From positions 55,225 to 119,224 of the forward strand of contig CAZGJD010000003.1 in assembly GCA_964526385.1 (NCBI GenBank): DNA of 64,000 nt. Direction: 5' to 3'. Shown piece after piece: positions 59,227-64,000 of the stretch. The DNA comes from an uncultured Candidatus Poseidoniales archaeon. GTDB taxonomy: Archaea > Thermoplasmatota > Poseidoniia > Poseidoniales > Poseidoniaceae. The notes under the pieces were generated by a model. It searched no databases. It saw only the letters and a list, made by a program, of their open reading frames with translations, and was not told where the DNA came from. Position numbers and translations under genes: made by a program. Position 1 is the first letter of the stretch. The number at the start of each line of letters is the position of its first letter.

Positions 59227-60729
59227 TTACTCTTCGTCAAATGGATAAGAAAGAGTAAGATTTCTCGCAGCATACACCTCATCCACTCTTCTAACTTTAG
59301 TCGTCACAGGAGCCTCATGAAGTACTTCAGCATCCATTTGAATTACTTCAACAAATTTCTCTGCAAACTCATCTAAGGTCTCTTTTGATTCAGTTTCTGT
59401 TGGCTCAACCATCATACACTCTGGAACTACTAGAGGGAAATATACCGTTGGAGCCATATATCCTTGGTCAAGAAGGCCTTTCGCAACATCCATTGCTCCT
59501 ACGCCGTTTTTCTCTTTGAGTGGAGCCATGGATATCGTAAACTCGTGTTTGACGACTTCTATTGGAGCCCCATCACAGAATAAATCGGAGACTCCTTGGG
59601 CCTCTGCGACATCAATTATTCTCTTACGAAGATAATTAGCATTCAAAACTGCATGGTCGGACATTGTTCTCAAATCTTTGCCGTATCTTCTGTAATATGC
59701 CCAACATCGAATAACAGCACCACTATTACCATGCCATTGTTGTACTTTTCCGATGCTATTTTCAGGGGTTCTCCAATAGTACCACCAAATATCATTGATT
59801 AGTGTAACTTTGTCACCCTCAGATACCTTCCTTCTATCGGCGACCGGGCCAGGAAGGAATTCCGCAAGGTGAGATTTAACACCGATTGGGCCAGAACCTG
59901 GACCTCCGCCTCCATGGGGTTGACTGAATGTTTTGTGTAGGTTGTAATGAACAGCATCGAAGCCCATAAGGCCGGGTGAAGTCCTTCCTAGGATAGCATT
60001 GAAATTCGCTCCATCATAGTACATTTGTCCACCTACTGAATGAACAATTTCAGACGCTTGTGCGATGTCCGCCTCAAAAATCCCGAGTGTGTTAGGATTT
60101 GTGATCATCATAGCAGCAGTATCTTCACCGACTACGGCTTTTAATGCGTCAAGGTCTATTCTTCCATCATCACGACTAGGGATTTCGATTATTTCGAAAC
60201 CACACATGTTGGCGCTTGCGGGGTTGGTTCCGTGTGCTGAGTCTGGAACAATCACCTTTGTTCTTTGCGACTCGCCACGTTTCCTGAAATATTCCTGTAT
60301 ACACCTAATTGCAGTAAATTCACCCTGCGCTCCAGCCACAGGCTGTAAGGTGACTGCATCCATTCCTGCACAGATTGCTAACATATCCTGCATTTCATAG
60401 AAAATAGCCAACGTTCCCTGAACATGGTGATCTGGTTGTAATGGATGGATATCTGCAATTCCGGGTAATTGGGCTATCACCTCATTGATTCTTGGATTAT
60501 GCTTCATTGTGCAAGACCCTAAAGGATAAAATCCAGTGTCAATTCCAAAGTTTCTACTCGATAGCCATGTATAATGGCGGACCATTTCTGGTTCTGATAA
60601 TCTTGGCCATCTTGGCAACTTCTTTCTTTTGAGCCCGCTTGAGATTTTTATTGAATCTGCAGGAGCTATAGGAGCGGGTTGGGAATATCCTTGGCCCTCG
60701 GCACCGAAATGTTCGAAGAGATGACTCAT
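59227..60729 (-). CDS. gcvPB: Glycine dehydrogenase (decarboxylating) subunit 2
   Basis: YPLGSCTMKHNP, SAHGTNPAS, NLHKTFSQPHGGGGPG, EPTETE. Confidence 0.97.
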   Translation of the reverse strand: MSHLFEHFGAEGQGYSQPAPIAPADSIKISSGLKRKKLPRWPRLSEPEMVRHYTWLSSRNFGIDTGFYPLGSCTMKHNPRINEVIAQLPGIADIHPLQPDHHVQGTLAIFYEMQDMLAICAGMDAVTLQPVAGAQGEFTAIRCIQEYFRKRGESQRTKVIVPDSAHGTNPASANMCGFEIIEIPSRDDGRIDLDALKAVVGEDTAAMMITNPNTLGIFEADIAQASEIVHSVGGQMYYDGANFNAILGRTSPGLMGFDAVHYNLHKTFSQPHGGGGPGSGPIGVKSHLAEFLPGPVADRRKVSEGDKVTLINDIWWYYWRTPENSIGKVQQWHGNSGAVIRCWAYYRRYGKDLRTMSDHAVLNANYLRKRIIDVAEAQGVSDLFCDGAPIEVVKHEFTISMAPLKEKNGVGAMDVAKGLLDQGYMAPTVYFPLVVPECMMVEPTETESKETLDEFAEKFVEVIQMDAEVLHEAPVTTKVRRVDEVYAARNLTLSYPFDEE

Positions 60730-62108
60730 ACAGTCACCTCCTTTGATGGAGATTCACACCATATCGAAATTTGGGCGCACAGCATGTCGATATCCTTTGC
60801 AGAAGTCTGGTCACTTACGGATACAAGCATCCAATTTTCTTTATCGGGATACCAATTTGAGAGGTCAAATCCACCGATAACCCCTCTATTGTCAAGATAA
60901 TCTAGACAATCAGAGGCACTTCCGGGTAATTCAATAACAAATTCATTGTAGTGGTCCACTGAATGATGTGGAAGATTGATTCCATCAATTTGACTAATCT
61001 TCTCAATTGCCAATTGACATGCAGCCATATTCCTTTCCGCAAGTAATTCTAAACCCTCAGGACCAAGTAAAGACATGTGCATTGCGCCCATTAGTGCAAT
61101 CAGTGTTTCATTTGTACAGATATTAGATGTGGCTCGATGCCTTCTAATATGCTGTTCTCTTGTTGAAAGTGTTAAACAAAATGCTTCATTTCCATCTACA
61201 TCTATTGATTTACCAACAATTCTACCGGGCATTTGGCGCAAGTAATCTTTGGAACAGGCGAAAATGCCGTAGAGTGGCCCACCGTAGGTAATAGGTGAAC
61301 CGAGTGCTTGTCCTTCCCCCACTACAATATCCGCATCATAATTTCCAGGGGCTTCCACTAATCCAAGACTTACCGGAGCCACACCTACAATGAATGCTGT
61401 ATTAGGTCCAATTATTTCTTTCACTTTTGTTAATCCCTCGTCAAGAATTCCCAAAGGATTTGGCTGTTCTAAGTATACACCGCAAGAACCTTCGGCTTCA
61501 GCAAGGGAATCTAGGTTTAGAGTTCCATCTTCGTTGTGTTTTATCTTCTTGATTATAACTCCGCCACCTTGACTGTAATTTTCGATTACTGATACTCTTG
61601 AAGGTGGGATTAACTCACTGATATAGACAGTGTCTTTTTGAGTAGCCTTCTTATTATGAATACGAATTGAACATGTTAATGCTTCTGCAGCCGCTGTAGA
61701 GGCGTCATAAACTGAAAGATTTGAAACTTCGAGCCCGACTAATTCTGAAATTAGGGTTTGGAATTCCCACATAGCCTGTAACATACCCTGACTTACCTCT
61801 GGCTGATATGGAGTGTAAGAGGTCAGGAATTCCCCCCTCGTAACGAGTTGGAATATGCTTGCAGGGACATAATTACGATTTAAGCCAGCACCAAGGAAGC
61901 TAACTCGGTCCCCAAGTGCGATATTTGCACCAAGCAATCTTCTCGCATCAGCAATTATTTCTTCTTCTGTTTGAGGAGGTGGAAGGGGTAGTTCGGTGTT
62001 CATCCTCACTGCTTCCGGAATGTCCGAAAACAAATCATCCATCGAGTTCATTCCAAGTGATTCTAGCATTGCTTTTTCGCGCCCAAGGTTAGGTAATTGG
62101 TCGACCAT
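60726..62108 (-). CDS. gcvPA: Glycine dehydrogenase (decarboxylating) subunit 1
   Basis: SFLGAG, TSYTPYQPEVSQG, REQHIRR..ATSNICTN; start moved to ATG 62108. Confidence 0.96.
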   Translation of the reverse strand: MVDQLPNLGREKAMLESLGMNSMDDLFSDIPEAVRMNTELPLPPPQTEEEIIADARRLLGANIALGDRVSFLGAGLNRNYVPASIFQLVTRGEFLTSYTPYQPEVSQGMLQAMWEFQTLISELVGLEVSNLSVYDASTAAAEALTCSIRIHNKKATQKDTVYISELIPPSRVSVIENYSQGGGVIIKKIKHNEDGTLNLDSLAEAEGSCGVYLEQPNPLGILDEGLTKVKEIIGPNTAFIVGVAPVSLGLVEAPGNYDADIVVGEGQALGSPITYGGPLYGIFACSKDYLRQMPGRIVGKSIDVDGNEAFCLTLSTREQHIRRHRATSNICTNETLIALMGAMHMSLLGPEGLELLAERNMAACQLAIEKISQIDGINLPHHSVDHYNEFVIELPGSASDCLDYLDNRGVIGGFDLSNWYPDKENWMLVSVSDQTSAKDIDMLCAQISIWCESPSKEVTV

Positions 62109-62226
62109 ACACTCCCCGCCAACCCTTGCGTATCGCGTACCCAAAATGAATGTTGGTTTGTCAATACTTATTTTGCGTCAGAACTAAGCCAGTAATTTTC
62201 TGCCCCTTAAATGTAGCAAATAGCCT

Positions 62227-64000
62227 TCAGTCTTGCCATTTTGTCCAAGAACCATCAGCGTTTTGATACCAATTTGTGCCGTCATTCGCTCTGAACCAAT
62301 TTGTACCGCTTTCATCTGGATCTAAATAATCTCCACCGGGTAAGTCTTCCCAAGATTCTACAGTATTTGCATCATTAATTCCAGGTTCATCTTCTGAATC
62401 TTGGCTCTCTGGGGAAGAAGACCCTTCCTCAGGAGGTGGAATTCCGGTTTTGGCAGGACCCTTCTTTTTCAGTGGTGGTTTTGATCCCTTTTTCATTAAT
62501 ACAACAATAGTACCCGCAAGTGCGGCTACGATAACTCCACCAATGGCCCCAAAGATTACCACGTTATCGATTCCACCTGATGCGTCATCAATATTCGTAT
62601 TCGAAGTATCATCGGTCTTTCCACCATCGCTAGGTTCGGTCAATAGACAACCTGGATAATTCACTTCGTCGTCGAATCTGCCATCAGGTACTTGGTCTGG
62701 GCACATGTCAGCATTTGTAGCGCCTTCTATGAATACACCAGGCCATGATTCATCCCTTGATTCATTCCAATCAGAATTACCCCAATTATCTCCAAAGCCA
62801 TCTTCATCAGAATCAAACCATTGAGTTGCATCAAATATGAACATATCAGGACCATAACCAAGGGAATCCCACTTGCTCACACTCCAATATGGGTCGGGGT
62901 CTGAATATCCGTCTCCGTCGAAGTCAGGACAACCAAATCTATCGATTGTTGAGGTTCCCTCATCATCACCACAGAAATCGAACTGGTATCCGACATTATT
63001 ATCTCCAAAGCCGTCCCCATCAATATCTGACCATTGTGTTATATCGTCGCTGAAGGCATCTGCACCCATTTCAACCGTCCATGAAATCTCTGGGTCTGAA
63101 TAACCATCACCATCAGAGTCGATACATCCTACCCTATCTGTGGAAGAGTTACCATAGAATAGTGGACATTCGTCTGGATTATTCCCTAATGGATTGTCAC
63201 CAAAGCCGTCCCCGTCACCATCATTCCATTGTGTTTCATCCTGGAAGAATGCGTCCTCTGCGTCAGCTACGCCATCTTCATCGAAATCAGGGCATCCCTT
63301 CATTCCAATAGTGGCTGAACCTTCCTCCAATGGACAGAAATCGATTAAATCGCTGAATCCGTCATTGTCATCGTCAGTGTCTTCTCTGTCATCTAAACAA
63401 CCATCAGCATCGTTATCATTGGTCGTGTTTCTTGTCCAGTTTATGATTCCTTTTTCGCATCCATCTGCTTCATTCGTGACCCCATCATTGTCGTTGTCAT
63501 TGTCTTCTAAGTCATTCTTGCAACCATCAAAATCCCAATCCGTATTTTGTGTTGAATTCCAATCTATTTCACCTCTTGGACACAAATCTAACGTATCGTT
63601 TACACCGTCATTATCGTCATCAGCATCCTCTTCAGCATCATCGTAACATCCATCACTATCCCTGTCAGTTTGGGATTCCGAAGTCCAATTTAATTCACCC
63701 ATTGGACATGAATCCGCCGAGTCACTAATTCCATCAGAGTCATCATCCCCATCACAAAGGTCACCCACGTTGTCTAAGTCATAATCCTCCTGGTTTGGAT
63801 TGACTAAGTACTGGCAATTGTCTTCTAGGTCAGGAACGGTGTCACCGTCATCGTCAAGGTCTTCATCTTCGTCTCTACAGCCATCTCCGTCCAAGTCGGT
63901 TGAATTTACATCTCCAGACCAGCCCAATACACCTGTCTGGCAGTTATCGTCTAGGTCACTCACTCCATCGTTGTCATCGTCAGTATCTTCATCAGCGTCC
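62227..64000 (-). CDS. Thrombospondin type-3 (Ca-binding) repeat surface protein; 5' end lies beyond the window
   Basis: Many DxDxDGC/DxCP repeats, TM helix and Trp-rich tail; the frame is open to the edge (DADEDTDDDNDGV). Confidence 0.9.
   Translation of the reverse strand, partial: DADEDTDDDNDGVSDLDDNCQTGVLGWSGDVNSTDLDGDGCRDEDEDLDDDGDTVPDLEDNCQYLVNPNQEDYDLDNVGDLCDGDDDSDGISDSADSCPMGELNWTSESQTDRDSDGCYDDAEEDADDDNDGVNDTLDLCPRGEIDWNSTQNTDWDFDGCKNDLEDNDNDNDGVTNEADGCEKGIINWTRNTTNDNDADGCLDDREDTDDDNDGFSDLIDFCPLEEGSATIGMKGCPDFDEDGVADAEDAFFQDETQWNDGDGDGFGDNPLGNNPDECPLFYGNSSTDRVGCIDSDGDGYSDPEISWTVEMGADAFSDDITQWSDIDGDGFGDNNVGYQFDFCGDDEGTSTIDRFGCPDFDGDGYSDPDPYWSVSKWDSLGYGPDMFIFDATQWFDSDEDGFGDNWGNSDWNESRDESWPGVFIEGATNADMCPDQVPDGRFDDEVNYPGCLLTEPSDGGKTDDTSNTNIDDASGGIDNVVIFGAIGGVIVAALAGTIVVLMKKGSKPPLKKKGPAKTGIPPPEEGSSSPESQDSEDEPGINDANTVESWEDLPGGDYLDPDESGTNWFRANDGTNWYQNADGSWTKWQD

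Noticed and set aside
62600..64000. Repetitive DNA resembling an array
   Set aside because: Degenerate codon-level repeats encoding DxDxDG/TSP3 motifs; no fixed repeat-spacer structure, so not CRISPR

Overview
A gene-dense, roughly 40% GC archaeal chromosomal segment. The gene content (CarS, AglB, split GuaA subunit B, TrmB, tRNAs without a full encoded CCA, many huge acidic surface proteins, bacterial-type RibA/SodN/CrtIB) fits Marine Group II Euryarchaeota (Ca. Poseidoniales); that assignment is inferred from gene content. From left to right it holds: a truncated giant secreted protein, a membrane subtilase, a 3219-aa AglB, purD, carS, surface proteins, sodN-sodX and a CAT-anticodon tRNA. 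Next is a possible nucleotide/phosphate scavenging neighbourhood (HD hydrolase, multi-OB-fold surface protein plus TctA, PhoU regulator, PiT-DUF47, lamin-tail/PLD exoenzyme, thymidine phosphorylase) and tRNA-Asn. After it come an AT-rich signalling island (helical protein, SPFH-like coiled coil, TPR, PP2C, two multi-TM Ser/Thr kinases, membrane protein) and a photoprotection cluster (SRPBCC-epimerase, class II photolyase, NUDIX, ribA, atypical peroxiredoxin, TrmB-V4R regulator, ABC1 kinase, crtI, crtB). The window ends with guaAB, purE, gcvPB/PA and a truncated TSP3-repeat protein. The best candidates for undescribed systems are the kinase/PP2C/SPFH island and the photoprotection cluster, whose two outer operons share the promoter motif AAACG-N4-TATATATATCAA. 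I saw no CRISPR array, integrase, transposase or rRNA.
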